A DNA stretch of 63,803 nt, filler included, from Octopus bimaculoides (taxonomy: Eukaryota): NCBI RefSeq assembly GCF_001194135.2. It is 7 parts of 7 records of this genome, joined end to end, with 100 filler letters (N's around TTAATTAATTAA, not from the genome) between each part and the next. Parts side by side here need not be neighbours in the genome. Positions count along the whole stretch, not along the records: positions 30,260 to 39,750 come from NC_068995.1; positions 39,851 to 44,975 come from NC_069005.1; positions 45,076 to 49,394 come from NC_068993.1; positions 49,495 to 57,191 come from NC_069000.1; 3 more parts are not named here. One strand, 5' to 3'. Below the pieces are notes generated by a model. That model did not search any database. It was not told the origin of the DNA and worked only from the letters and a program-made list of their open reading frames with translations. The translations under genes and the position numbers were made by a program. Every line of letters begins with the position of its first letter. Within the stretch, counting starts at the first letter, position 1. Of the stretch, positions 39,216 to 51,071 are shown piece by piece.

Positions 39216-39509
39216 AAGGCGGAAAACCCCGATGCGATACCACCTGAAGCACTGAAGGCAGACGTTCAGACTTCAACTGAGATGCTGCACCCTCTCCTAA
39301 AGAAGAGAGGAGACTGGAAGAAAAGACACATGCAAAGTGCCCTAAGAAAAGAGACCTGTCATACAGCAATACCTGGAGGGGAATCATGCTGCTATCAATC
39401 CCAGGGAAAGTATTGATGAAAATTATCCTTAAGGGACTGAAGACTGCCTTGAACAAGACACAACCGGATGAACAAGCAGTTTTCTGTCAAGATAGATCCT
39501 GCACAGATC
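39216..39509 (+). mobile_element. RTE-clade RT fragment (preceding segment, inverted)
   Basis: KAENPDAIPPEALKAD...WRGIMLLSIPGKVL..IIL...EQAVFCQDRSCTD. Confidence 0.8.
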
Positions 39510-39850
39510 CCAGTGGGATAGATGTTAACATCTTATTACTGAGCGCACGTTTTAGCTATTTGGATTTACTCTATACCTGAAATTATATTTATGATAATGA
39601 CATATATATGTGTATTTCTATGGGAGAGTCCATACGAACATATATGCATACATACAAACATATATATATATATGCATATATATATATATATACATATATA
39701 TACATATACATATATTTATATATACATATACATATATATATATATATATANNNNNNNNNNNNNNNNNNNNNNNNNNNNNNNNNNNNNNNNNNNNTTAATT
39801 AATTAANNNNNNNNNNNNNNNNNNNNNNNNNNNNNNNNNNNNNNNNNNNN

Positions 39851-40145
39851 GTTTATTGAGCGAAAATACCTAAAAAGCTCCATGAGGCTCCGGCAGGGGA
39901 TGGTGGCGAACCCTGCTGTACTCTTTCACCACACCTTTCTCACACTCTTACTTCCTGTTTCTGTTGTGCCTGTAATTCAAAGGGTCAGCCTTGTCACGCT
40001 GAATATCCCCGAGAACTACGTTAAGGGTGCACGTGTCTGTGGAGTGCTCAGCCACTTGCACGTTAATGTCACGAGCAGGCTGTTCCGTTGATCGGATCAA
40101 CTGGAACCCTCGACATCGTAAGCGACGGAGTGCCAATAACAACAA
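39851..40145 (+). mobile_element. SINE family E (body and 3' end)
   Basis: Aligns to 36490-36730 and 60613-60742. Confidence 0.85.
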
Positions 40146-41292
40146 TTTCTCTTATTGCTACTCGGGTTAAATTTGGTTTCTTTCCACTATAAACTGAAAT
40201 TGATGTTTGTTTCTCTTAGCTAAAGACTATGGTAGTCTTCCTCTCCATTTTTTACGGTTGTTCCTTATTACAATATCTTTTGTAACTCGTTGTTAAAAAT
40301 TATGGTTTCTTTCCGTTTCTTTTGATAGAATTTTCTTCTTTTGTCATGACATAAGAAAAACTGCCGTCCTACATACTGATGACCAGTATTACTGCCCCCT
40401 TTTCCGTTGAGTAAGGCTGACTTCTGGACATTTTACTGATATTTCTGTTTGTGCACCACTTTTGTCATCTTTGAAATTTCGTTGGTTGATGGAAACTGAT
40501 TGATATTCCGTCATTATATTCGTATTTTTTTTTGTTTTCTGCCTCGGAAATCTTTTGAGTATTTTTTCTTAAATTTAATCCTATTATATTGTATATTGTA
40601 AGAAGACGACGGGAGAGGAGAAAATGTACGAGGAGAAAGGAGAATAATAATTGTAAAGTACAACAATAACAGCAACAACAACAACGATGATGATGACGAC
40701 GGTGATGACAATCATAACAATAACAACAGCAGCAACAACAACAATAGCAAAAGCAATAATAACAGAGTGAGTGAATAGCAGAAAAAGATTTCAAGCGTAA
40801 AAACATATATAGACAAGTTGTTGGAAGAATAAAAAACTCTATTTTAATAACAACTGTTATAATTTGGCAATAGAAGTGAACAATTTTGGGGGCAATTCTC
40901 CAATTTTATCAACTAATTTATATACATTATCTCACAATGTCATATTTTAGCAGCATTGTTGTGTCCTAAAAACGTTTCGGTATCTTTATTCTGTCTGCAA
41001 AGCTTCAGAAACTATATTAAATAACCGGATATTGCAAATATTAAATATAAGTTTTAATGTGTTAACAGGAGAAATAAATTATTGCAACATTTGTAATTGT
41101 TGATCAAAACAACAAGAACAGGCAAGATTGTTCATAAGTTCTATTTTAATATTTCAGAGTGGCAAAGTGAAGTTCCGGTAAAGTAAGGCCATGATCTTGT
41201 GTCAGTTTCCAGGGGAGTAAGGGACGGTACAGTGTCGATTTCTGTTTGAAGTTATCGTGGAAAGATATGAGAGTTAGATATCTATTCTCGTA

Positions 41293-41470
41293 AAGGTTTC
41301 AAATTTTGTCACAAGGCCAGCGATTTCGGGAGAGGGAATGAGTCGATTATATCGACCCCAGTGTTCTACTGGTACTTTATTTTATCGACTCGGAAAGGGT
41401 GAAAGGCAAAGTCGACCCCGGCGGAATTTGAACTCAGAACGTAAGGTTGGACGAAATGCCGCTAAAACTT
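41293..41470 (-). mobile_element. SINE family A
   Basis: GAAAGGCAAAGTCGAC...GGAATTTGAACTCAGAACG, the reverse complement of the family body. Confidence 0.8.
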
Positions 41471-41557
41471 TTCCTCATCGCCTTATACATTTGCCTCATA
41501 TTAATAAATGAATACTCGGTCGTGAGTCAACATATGAAATCAATCTGAAATGAAATA

Positions 41558-41776
41558 ACGGTTTCAAATTTTTCCACAGGGGCAGCAACTTTGGGGGAGG
41601 GAATGATGAGTCGATTACATCAACCCAAGTGTTCAACTGGCATTTATTTTATCGACCCCGAAAAGATGAAAGGCAAAGTCGACCTTGGCGAAATTTGAAT
41701 TCAGAACGTAGCGGCTGACGAAATACCACTAAGCATTTCGCCCGGCGTGCTAACGTTTCTGCCAGCGCGCCGCCTT
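41558..41776 (-). mobile_element. SINE family A
   Basis: Near full-length reverse copy ending TAACGTTTCTGCCAGCGCGCCGCC. Confidence 0.85.
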
Positions 41777-42115
41777 GATTTAAAATGAAATAATAGCCTT
41801 CTGCAAGTATGAATACGTCGCTGGGGCAACAGAATTATCTTTACGTTGTGTGTCAAGTCGACCAAGTCACCTTGGTTGAGTTCATCTTTCAGGGATTCCG
41901 ACAATACCGAGGCATTGCAAGAATGAAAAGAAAAGGTACAGCACTCATTCAGAATCCATGTACAATAATCTAGATTCAGTCTGGTGCTCGTTTTACTTTC
42001 TCTCCATTTAACCTTGCGTTTAACCTCACACATATTTTATAATAAACTAACTCATTAAACTCCTTAAACAAATTAACTGATTCCCCAATTGTAAAATTCG
42101 AAAATTCTCAGAGAA

Positions 42116-42410
42116 TTGACAGAATGTTTCCAAGTTCCAATTTCAAAACAATTGGAATCAAACAGAATTTGTGTTAGGGTCACGTGCCATACGTCCCTTA
42201 CACAATTCAGGCTCACAACGCAAATTCATTGCAACAATTTCTTTTCCTCAACAGGCCCTGCTCTATTTAATATTATCACAAGACAAATAAAAAAGAACGA
42301 AAAAGATCCCATCACTTTCAAACAAAACCTGAACAAATTTCTTCAAAGGATACCAGATAAACCATCTGTACCTGGATACACCTGTCAACAACAGCTCCCT
42401 ACTTGAATGG
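42116..42410 (+). mobile_element. CR1-like LINE ORF2 C-terminus
   Basis: NFFSSTGPALFNII...FKQNLNKFLQRIPDKPSVPGY. Confidence 0.7.
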
Positions 42411-42648
42411 ACCATGATACCGTACCTCAAACTTGACTTTAAAATGACTTAACAGATCCTATCAGGTGGTGCTATTATGTTAGTCATGGCCTGGGCCAAT
42501 CTTTGGACGAAACACCTAAGTCATCTAAGTTATGTACACTGCTTGAGGATGTCACAATATTGCAGACAAAGGATGTTATCATAGGATAAAAACGATCTCA
42601 ATCACAATTAGGAAATTATCACCAGGCTGAGAAAAAAAATAATGCATG

Positions 42649-43043
42649 AGGCGTAGGCATGGTTATTAATAGGCTCACTTTGCAACCCTGTGGTTGCTTC
42701 AGCTCCAATGCACGGCACCTTGTGCAAATGTCATTTACTATAGCTCCGGGTTGACGAATGCCTTGTGAGCGAATTTGGCACAGGGAAACTGTGTGGAAGC
42801 CAATGGTATATATGAATGTATATGGATGTGTGTCTTTGCATTTGTGTTTATCTTCACCGTCACTTGACAAACTGTGTTGGCTTGTTTACGTTCTTGTATT
42901 TTAGCGGTTCTGCGAAAGAAACTGACAGAATAAGTACCAGACACAAGAGTTAAGCACTAGGCTCGATTTGCTCGACTAAGCCCTTCAAAACGTTGTCCCA
43001 GTAAGGCCACATTCCAACGAAGGAAATAAGTAAAAGATAAAAG
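42649..43043 (+). mobile_element. SINE family B, full-length and diverged
   Basis: Head, GCCTTGTGAG body, internal TA/TG tract and 3' tail collinear with 44466-44877. Confidence 0.7.
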
Positions 43044-43184
43044 AAAGTTAGAGCACATCTGCAAGACCAGATTTAGACAAAGGCTAAACAAGCTACAGCA
43101 AAATATTGCATATTCTCCGATTCTTTGACTGGTTCCAGTCACTAAACTACGGTCATGCTAGAGCACTGCCTTGCTATGTATACA

Positions 43185-43310
43185 TATGTCGGTCTTTTGC
43201 ATTAGTCGGCTCAGAACTATAGTATAAGACACCCGAGGTGCCGTGCACTGGGACTGAATCTGAAGGACATACTCGAGAAGCGAAATTCTTCATCAGATAG
43301 CCGTGCTAGC
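43185..43310 (-). mobile_element. SINE family B fragment
   Basis: CTATAGTATAAGACAC...GGTGCCGTGCACTGGGACTGAA. Confidence 0.6.
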
Positions 43311-43420
43311 ACATGGTCGAAGTGTATTCAGAAATATTAAATTCGATAAAAAGCAAAAATCTCGTAAAAAATGCGAATTTATGAACTGAATTCACAAATG
43401 CTGATTGTTAGTGGACTTAC

Positions 43421-43980
43421 CTCAAATAGCAGGATAGATAATATAGTTATACTGGTCAGATGAAATACATGAGTCACCTCAAAAAGTACATTGTGTTCCT
43501 CTTCGAGGGTGTCTACTTCTTCCGACCCTCCACTTTGTCTAGAGAAATGATTCGATGAATATTTTTTCGATTTATCTTTGATGATCGATTGATTACTCGA
43601 AGGAGAAAATCTCCGGAGCATAATTTGAGAAGTTTTGATAAGTTTTAGAATATTCTCATGGTCTTTTAAAGATTTCGAAAGCTGTTTCCACATGTCCAAG
43701 AGCAGTTCTTGTTTCTCTTTCAAAACAGTGGCATTGATGTTGTGATGAGGTATACCCATAATTAAAGTAGGAGAATGTGTCGCATCACTACCGTTAGAAT
43801 CTGGAGTCTTCTGCGAGTAGTGAGAACTATTCCTTACATCGTTTATTTCCAGTGTATTTTTCAGATGTCCCAAAACCTGGTCCAAAGTTAAATTGTCTGT
43901 AGCATTAAAGAAATGTGGGAACATCGTTTGTAGAACTTCGGCAAGGTCGTGTTTTTCTGTTTCAGTTCTGTCTAGTTTCT
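43421..43980 (-). CDS. internal exon of a voltage-gated proton channel-like protein (Hv1/TMEM266 family): long S1-S2 loop plus S2 helix
   Basis: Acceptor TATATTTTCAG and donor GAG|GTAAGT bound 560 nt with no stop (phase 1 in, phase 0 out); ends EVTHVFHLTSITILSILLFE, resembling Hv1 S2 (VFHYMSITIL....E, recalled from memory); six N-X-S/T sequons upstream. Confidence 0.7.
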
Positions 43981-44465
43981 CTGAAAATATAGACCAATGA
44001 AAGGAATTCTTGTTAAAACTCTATTCTTATGCAAAACTATAAAATATTTGTATAATGTTGGTTATAAGAAGCTATTTGTTGGATAGCTAAAACAAGTGAA
44101 ATATTACAAATAAATATATTGAATGAAATAAGAGCTGGTTACTCCTATTAAAGTTATATTGCATAATTCATTTTCAATTCATGTGTATACGCCATTAAAA
44201 CTACGTTGTACACACATTCTCAGGTCGTGCTTAATCATGTTACAAAATCTCTTTATCAAGGTAACCCAACATATTTTATCTTTTAAGTTATATTTTGTTT
44301 CAGAATGCTAGCCGACATTAACAGTTAAGCCATCTTCTATTGTCAGACTTATAAACAAAACTGGATATTGTACAAAGCATATATCATATAGAATGTATAT
44401 AATAAAGTGTATATAATTGTTTAAATATAACACATAGTGTTACTGTAGCCATCACAATCCTATAT

Positions 44466-44877
44466 TTTATCTTTTCTTTTATCTGTTTCAGTCATTAGGC
44501 TGCGGCCATACTGGGGCACCGTCTTGAAGTATTTTTGGTAGAATGAATCGATCCTAGTACTTATATGTTTTTCTTTAAGCCTAGTACTTGTTATATCGGT
44601 TTATTTTTGCCGAACCGCTGAGCTTCGGGGATGTAAACAAACCAATACCAGTTGTCAAGCGGTGTGGGTGAGGACAAACGCAGATACGAAGACACACACA
44701 CACACACACCACACACACACACACATTTATATAAACGACAGGCTTCCTTCGATTTCCGTCTACCAAATTCACTCACAAGGCTTTGGTCGGCCCTAGGCTA
44801 TAGTAGAAGACACTTGCCCAAGGTGCCACGCAGTGGGACTGAACCCGGAACCATGCAGTTGACACAGCCACGCCTGT
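44466..44877 (-). mobile_element. SINE family B, full-length with internal (CA)n
   Basis: All segments present; the best-conserved copy in the window. Confidence 0.85.
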
Positions 44878-45087
44878 GATTAAATAATAAATGTACGATG
44901 GAAATTACTGATACTTAATACTTGTTTTAATTTGGGCACAATGCCAGCATGTTTGAGTGACGGAGCTTGACGATANNNNNNNNNNNNNNNNNNNNNNNNN
45001 NNNNNNNNNNNNNNNNNNNTTAATTAATTAANNNNNNNNNNNNNNNNNNNNNNNNNNNNNNNNNNNNNNNNNNNNGTAATGTTTAAG

Positions 45088-45144
<57 letters not shown>

Positions 45145-45149
45145 TGGGC

Positions 45150-45230
45150 AATCCACAGCACATACCCAAGGCGTACAGAGCTGCGCTCGGTAGTGAAGTG
45201 AAAGCACGTTATAAAAATTAAACTACTGAA
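45150..45230 (+). mobile_element. Dong-like 3'UTR fragment within (TAA)n
   Basis: CACAGCACATACCCAAGGCG.ACAGAGCTGCGCTCGGTAGTGAAGTGAAAGCACG, reverse complement of 29958-30030. Confidence 0.8.
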
Positions 45231-45264
45231 CAATAATGATAATAATAATAATAATAACAACAAC

Positions 45265-45440
45265 AACATCGAAAAATACCATTGGAATGAGAACCCAGGT
45301 TTGAAATTTCCCGAAGACACCTGATGAAGGCTGGAGGATATATCAGCCGAAATGTTGTGTTAACAACAAACAAGATGAGGAAAAATATCTGTCAAATGTA
45401 AATAATGTAAATAATTCCTCATCTCTTAAATATAGAACTG
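45265..45440 (+). mobile_element. Penelope-like terminal repeat (family D)
   Basis: Near-identical to 14431-14567. Confidence 0.7.
45316..45361 (+). ncRNA. minimal type-I hammerhead-like ribozyme
   Basis: GACAC-CTGATGA-A-GGCTG(10 nt)CAGCC-GAAA-TG-TT-GTGTT. Confidence 0.6.
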
Positions 45441-45454
45441 AAATTCAATAATGT

Positions 45455-45648
45455 TTTCAAAATTTAGCACAAGGCCAGAAAGTTCGTGGGTTGGGGTAAA
45501 TAGATACCATCAATACCAGTGCTCACTGGTACGTATTTTGTCGATCCCAAAAGGATAAAAACCAAAGTGGACTAGGAACAAAAAGTCAGACGAAATGCCG
45601 TTACGCATTTTGCCCGGCGTGGTAAAGATTCTGCCAGCTCACCGCCTT
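45455..45648 (-). mobile_element. SINE family A, diverged with internal deletion
   Basis: GACGAAATGCCGTTACGCATTTTGCCCGGCGTG...CTGCCAGCTCACCGCC. Confidence 0.7.
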
Positions 45649-47435
45649 GAAGGACTTTTGATAATAATGCGTAATATCATAAACAAGGGCTTCATGAATA
45701 TATAAAGGTATTCCTGAACCTAACATTATCCCACTTTTACAGCTTGAAAGAAAAAAAAATCATTTTCTGATACTATAAACCTTTCAGCGATAGCAACATT
45801 TTTTGATTCAGCAAATTCATGTTATATTTCGCTGACTGCTCATTCGGTAGCTGTTCTGATCGTTATTATTTTTGAAATTACTATATCGGCGAGCTGGTCG
45901 CATCGTTAGCACGATGTGCAAAGTGTTTAGTGGCATTCATAATTCAAATGCCCTGAAGCCGACTTCGCATTTCGTCTTGATACTTTTGCTTTCAAACTCT
46001 GTAGGACAGTTCTAACGGTGTCTTTCGCCTTTAGGAATCATTTGACATCTTCCACTCTTGGAGATTATAAGTACTACTGGTAGAATGATTCATATTGTGC
46101 ATTATAAGCAGCTGAATTCCAAACAAAATGAGAAACACATTGCTAACAGATCATGTGGTGTTGTTTTGCTGCTTTAGTGGCACTTCATCGTCTAGCGAAA
46201 ACTTAGCCCTGATTTCTGATTTCTGTCCCTGGGTTCTCATCTTCTTTCACGCGTAATTTCTTCATCTAAATTTTGCAAGCTATGCACATTTTTCTATACC
46301 ATATACTCCCACATAGAGAGTTCTTAAATAGATATATCGATTCACGCACTAACTGACACATCACAAGAACTCGATAAACCTTCACATTTACATTTATCAC
46401 TCGCATAATAACGTAAACATAACAGTAATAACACATAGCTATATTTAAGATATTTGGTGAATGGCGACATAAATGTTTGATCTTGAGAAAGATTCATTCA
46501 TTTCCTGAAACTTGACTAACATAACTATATACTTAAACCTGCGATATCTCATCATTAGAACATCACATTTAATGTTGTATGGTAATCTTCGTAGCTGGCT
46601 GAGAAAAGTAAACAGGTTGTCATTTTCAATAACCCACATTAACTGAATATTCTACTGATAAATGAAGCTGAGCTGGTATGACACTGTTGATAAAATATAT
46701 TGAACATACCGTCGACCGCAACCGTGGAGTGTTTTGCTTTGATTATGTAGTAATTCTAACATTTGTAAATACAGTGATTTTATCTGATCGAATTTTAAAG
46801 ATAAAAATAATTATAGAATCAACATCTATAAATTGATATCATTAAGTAGTTAACTGTTCCTTTTTCATAACGTTTAAGAAGCCTTAACGGGAAGCTATCT
46901 TGCTCGTCGTAGTTCATAGTAACCGATTTTAATATAGATAAGATATGCATTTGTGGCCATAAATAACAACGTGCCGTCACAGGTGTTGCAGGGTAGCATT
47001 ACTACCTCTATATTCACATTTCTGTTTAATCGTATATACAGAACAGTTTGTTCCCTCTTTATAAAAAGTGGTAAGTCGGTTCGCTACATCTACTTAAGCG
47101 CATGCATATAGAAACACGGGCATGCAAACATATACACACACGTGTGTGTGCGTGTGCACGTGTGTGTGTGCTTGTATGGGTGTATATGTGTGCATATAAA
47201 GATAGGGTTAAAATCCAAGCTGTGTCCTCTTGAAGTATATCTGCTTCTTCCAATACTTCACAGTTGTTTGTAGATGTTATATTCGTGTGATTCATGCGTA
47301 AGAGTTTAAATTCCTGAAAATTTACTTCGGGATAAGTAGGATAGCTTGCCTCGTACAACTCATGAGAAAAACAGTTAACCGGTCAAAGTGTATATTATAG
47401 ATAAAATAAGATATAATATATCAAATTACTAAAAT

Positions 47436-48310
47436 ATATTAAATACATTATAATACTGGTGGCCCGTTAGCAATTATAACCTACAGGCAAGTTAATAAAC
47501 AAGGGTAAAAATTAGTACCGACAGTTGCTAGAACTAAGAGTAGAAACAATAAACCTACTCGAATAGTAACACAGAGCACTAACCTCATGAATTGGCGGAA
47601 AGTGAGGGACCGAGCTACAACAACTTTCCATGGTGAGATAAACTGGCAAAATGAAGTTTCAGACATATCCTTACCACGTGATTTCGAACCCTCATCATTA
47701 TAACCTTAGTTCGCATCAGAGGATCTTACTAATACTCCGGGTTAAAAAGAGTACGGCGCCACGTGCAACTAATGAGAAAAACCGTTGAAAGCCAGCGCTA
47801 AATTCAAAACGGTGAAAGCGTATCTCAACTCATGAGATTAGTTCTGTGCGTAACCATTCAAACCGTTTTATTTTTCACTCTTATTTCCAGCAATTTATAC
47901 GATATACGAATGATGAGACACAGCAAAGGTACAATAATGTGTACCCTTGTTTATTTACTTGCTTTTAGGTGTTAATTGCTAACGGACCACCTATATTATA
48001 ATGTATTTAATATGTTTAATATAATAATATATTATAATATCTTATTGTATTTATACTATACGTTTTGAACGTTTGATTAGAGTTCCAAATCACGTGATAA
48101 GGCTATGTCTGCTAACTTAATGTTGTAAGTTTATCTCACCATCGATAGGTGTTTTCGCTCGCTCCATCACTTTCCGTCAATCCATGAGGCTAGTGCTTTG
48201 TGTGGCTATTCTAGTCCTTTTTTTAAAACAATTATGAATCTTATTTCTAGCAATTGCCGGTATTAATATATACCGTTGTTTATTAACTTGGCTTGAGGTT
48301 TTAATTGTTA
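47436..48310. repeat. long diverged inverted repeats (fold-back or DNA-transposon remnant)
   Basis: ~47470-47689 is the reverse complement of ~48082-48310; 47436-47515 is also inverted at ~47940-48020. Confidence 0.7.
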
Positions 48311-49357
48311 TGTATCATTGCTGGGATATTTGGTTACTTTGCCATTGAGGCAGAGCGAAACCACGTGAGCTGGTAGACGGTTATCATGTTTCATCTATAT
48401 AAATGCAAGTGCTTTTATGCACAACAACCCTATTAAGGTAAGTAAAACAGTATTGTGAGTTGTAACTGAGCTTCCACGTTGTGTTGAGGATAGGATTGAA
48501 TTTATATACATGTACACACACACACGCACACATACACACATGCACACACACACATATGTATATCTGTATACATAAATATATATGTGAATATATACATATA
48601 TATGTATGTACATNNNNNNNNNNGTATGTATGTTTGTGCGATTTGTGCATATTTATGAAGGACATCACAATATCCGCTCCTGACAAAATTTATATCTATA
48701 GTCCATGTCATAAATCGGGTTTAAAAATAGAAAACAACAGCAATACCAGTCAACATATTTAGGTTACCTTCTTCATTCTCAGATGTTCCTTTGAATCATC
48801 AGCTTTATTGCTTAATGTTTCTATACAAAATATATTTATCCGAATTTTTCCCCTAATAACATTCTCAATTCAAATTGAATACGTCGAAAATTACAAAGCA
48901 ACCAACTTTATTCAAAAAATGCACTCAATACAAATACTGTTGATCCAAATAGTAATGATTCTGATGATAAGTATGAGGACGACATTAATAACAAGAAAAA
49001 AATTATTATAACGAGTGTAAAATTATTATAAATATAAAATTCTACTATATATGAATTTAATCTGAAGTATACTTTTTTGATTTCAGCTTTGAAATTATAT
49101 ATCCCCAGATATTGAAAACATATTGGAATTATTGACAAAAAATGAAGATGAAAGACATACTGAATGAATAAGATGATTGAAAAGATTCTAGTTCAAAATA
49201 TCTGGCTGAAGAAACAAACGTGATTATATTATTAAAGAAGGCTGTGATGTGACTTCTTACGTGAATAACTCCGTTAAGTATGGTATTGATACGGTTTAAA
49301 AGGTAATACACTATTGCATAGCTTTTCTTTCGCTTACTCTTTATCAACTATCTACCC

Positions 49358-49394
<37 letters not shown>

Positions 49395-49494
49395 NNNNNN
49401 NNNNNNNNNNNNNNNNNNNNNNNNNNNNNNNNNNNNNNTTAATTAATTAANNNNNNNNNNNNNNNNNNNNNNNNNNNNNNNNNNNNNNNNNNNN

Positions 49495-49555
49495 TCACTC
49501 AAAAGTCCAACCCATGCCATCATGGAAAGCAGACGTTAAACAACCATGATTATGA
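49495..49555 (+). mobile_element. RTE 3' terminus
   Basis: GTCCAACCCATGCCA.CATGGAAAGCAGACGTTAAAC followed by a (GAT)-like tail. Confidence 0.7.
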
Positions 49556-49559
49556 TGAT

Positions 49560-49700
49560 AGTTGGAATTTACAAAAAAACAACAGAAAACACGGAGATGA
49601 GTGTGTAAACAACAAACAGATGTATTAGTTTAATGCTCAGAAAGTGAGAAACTCTTTAACATTTCGAAAGGAACACAGAAATAGCAGAGAGAGAAAATAA
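49560..49700 (-). mobile_element. family C repeat with hammerhead core deleted
   Basis: Reverse complement matches 1590-1740 but jumps TTCCTTT to CGAAA. Confidence 0.6.
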
Positions 49701-49859
49701 AATAAATTAATATAGACACACGTATATATATGTATACATGTATGTATATATATATATATGTGTGTGTGTGTGGGGGTGAGTATGTGTATGTGTGCTTATG
49801 TGTATGCATGTATGCATATGTATGTTTGTATATATATGTATACATATATATATACACAC

Positions 49860-50224
49860 ACATCATCATCATCATCATCATCAACGTTTAACGTCCGCCT
49901 TCTATGCTAGCATGGGTTGGACAATTTGATGGAGGACTGGCGAACCAGAAGGCTGCACCAGGCTCCAATCTGATCTGGCAGAGTTTCTACAGCTGGATGA
50001 CCTTCCTAACGCCAACCACTCCAAGAGTGTAGTGGGTGCTTTTACGTGCCACCAGCACGAGGGCCAGTCAGGCGATACTGGCAACGGCCACACTCAAATT
50101 AGTTTTTTTTACATGCCACCTGCACAGGAGCTAGTCCAGCAGCACTGGCAACGACCTCGCTTGAATGATTTTTCACATGCCAGTAAGGTGACGCTGGTAA
50201 TGATCACGCTCAGATGGTACTATT
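49860..50224 (-). mobile_element. RTE LINE 3'UTR with (GAT)n tail
   Basis: (CAT)n-CGTTTAACGTCCG..ATGCTAGCATGGGTTGGAC, shared with 51935-52250. Confidence 0.8.
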
Positions 50225-50551
50225 NNNNNNNNNNNNNNNNNNNNNNNNNNNNNNNNNNNNNNNNNNNNNNNNNNNNNNNNNNNNNNNNNNNNNNNNNNNN
50301 NNNNNNNNNNNNNNNNNNNNNNNNNNNNNNNNNNNNNNNNNNNNNNNNNNNNNNNNNNNNNNNNNNNNNNNNNNNNNNNNNNNNNNNNNNNNNNNNNNNN
50401 NNNNNNNNNNNNNNNNNNNNNNNNNNNNNNNNNNNNNNNNNNNNNNNNNNNNNNNNNNNNNNNNNNNNNNNNNNNNNNNNNNNNNNNNNNNNNNNNNNNN
50501 NNNNNNNNNNNNNNNNNNNNNNNNNNNNNNNNNNNNNNNNNNNNNNNNNNN

Positions 50552-51071
50552 TACCAGCGTCACCTTCTAGCACTTTTGCTGGTGACTCGTTAGAAAATCA
50601 TTAGAGTAAAAGGCAGACTGTATGACGCATGTGTACGAACAGCCATGCTCCATGGCAGTGAAACATGGGCCGTGACTGCTGAGGACATGCGTAAGCTCGC
50701 AAGAAACGAAGCTAGTATGTTATGATGGATATGTAATGTCAGTGTGCATACTCGACAGAGTGTAAGTACCTTGAGGGAAAAGTGAGACCTAAGAAGCATC
50801 AATTGTGGTCTGCAAGAGAGATGATTGTGCTTGTATGGACATGTGGCAAGAATGGATGAGGATAGCTGTGTGAAAAAGTGCCACATCCTAGCAGCTGAGG
50901 GAACCTGTGGAAGATGTAGACCCAAGAGGACATGGGATGAGGTGGTGAAGCACGACCTTCGAACATTAGGTCTCACAGAGGCAATGACTAGTGACCGGGA
51001 CCTTTGGAAATATGCAGTACGTGAGGAGACCCGGCAAGCCAAGTGAGAGCATAATTCTGTGGCCCCTGCCA
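50552..51071 (+). mobile_element. RTE LINE ORF C-terminus
   Basis: RVKGRLYDACVRTAMLHGSETW...YGHVARMDEDSCVKKC...GRCRPKRTWDEVVKHDL; internal stops. Confidence 0.85.

Noticed and set aside
47190-47314. Possible extra Hv-loop exon (EFKLLRMNHTNITSTNNC...) after a TTTTCAG acceptor
   Set aside because: No donor compatible with the phase-1 acceptor at 43980; the only phase-1 GT would create TAG.
48768-48826. Possible small exon TLSNKADDSKEHLRMKK with AG/GT boundaries upstream of the Hv-like exon
   Set aside because: Too short to judge, and no linking S1 exon was found.
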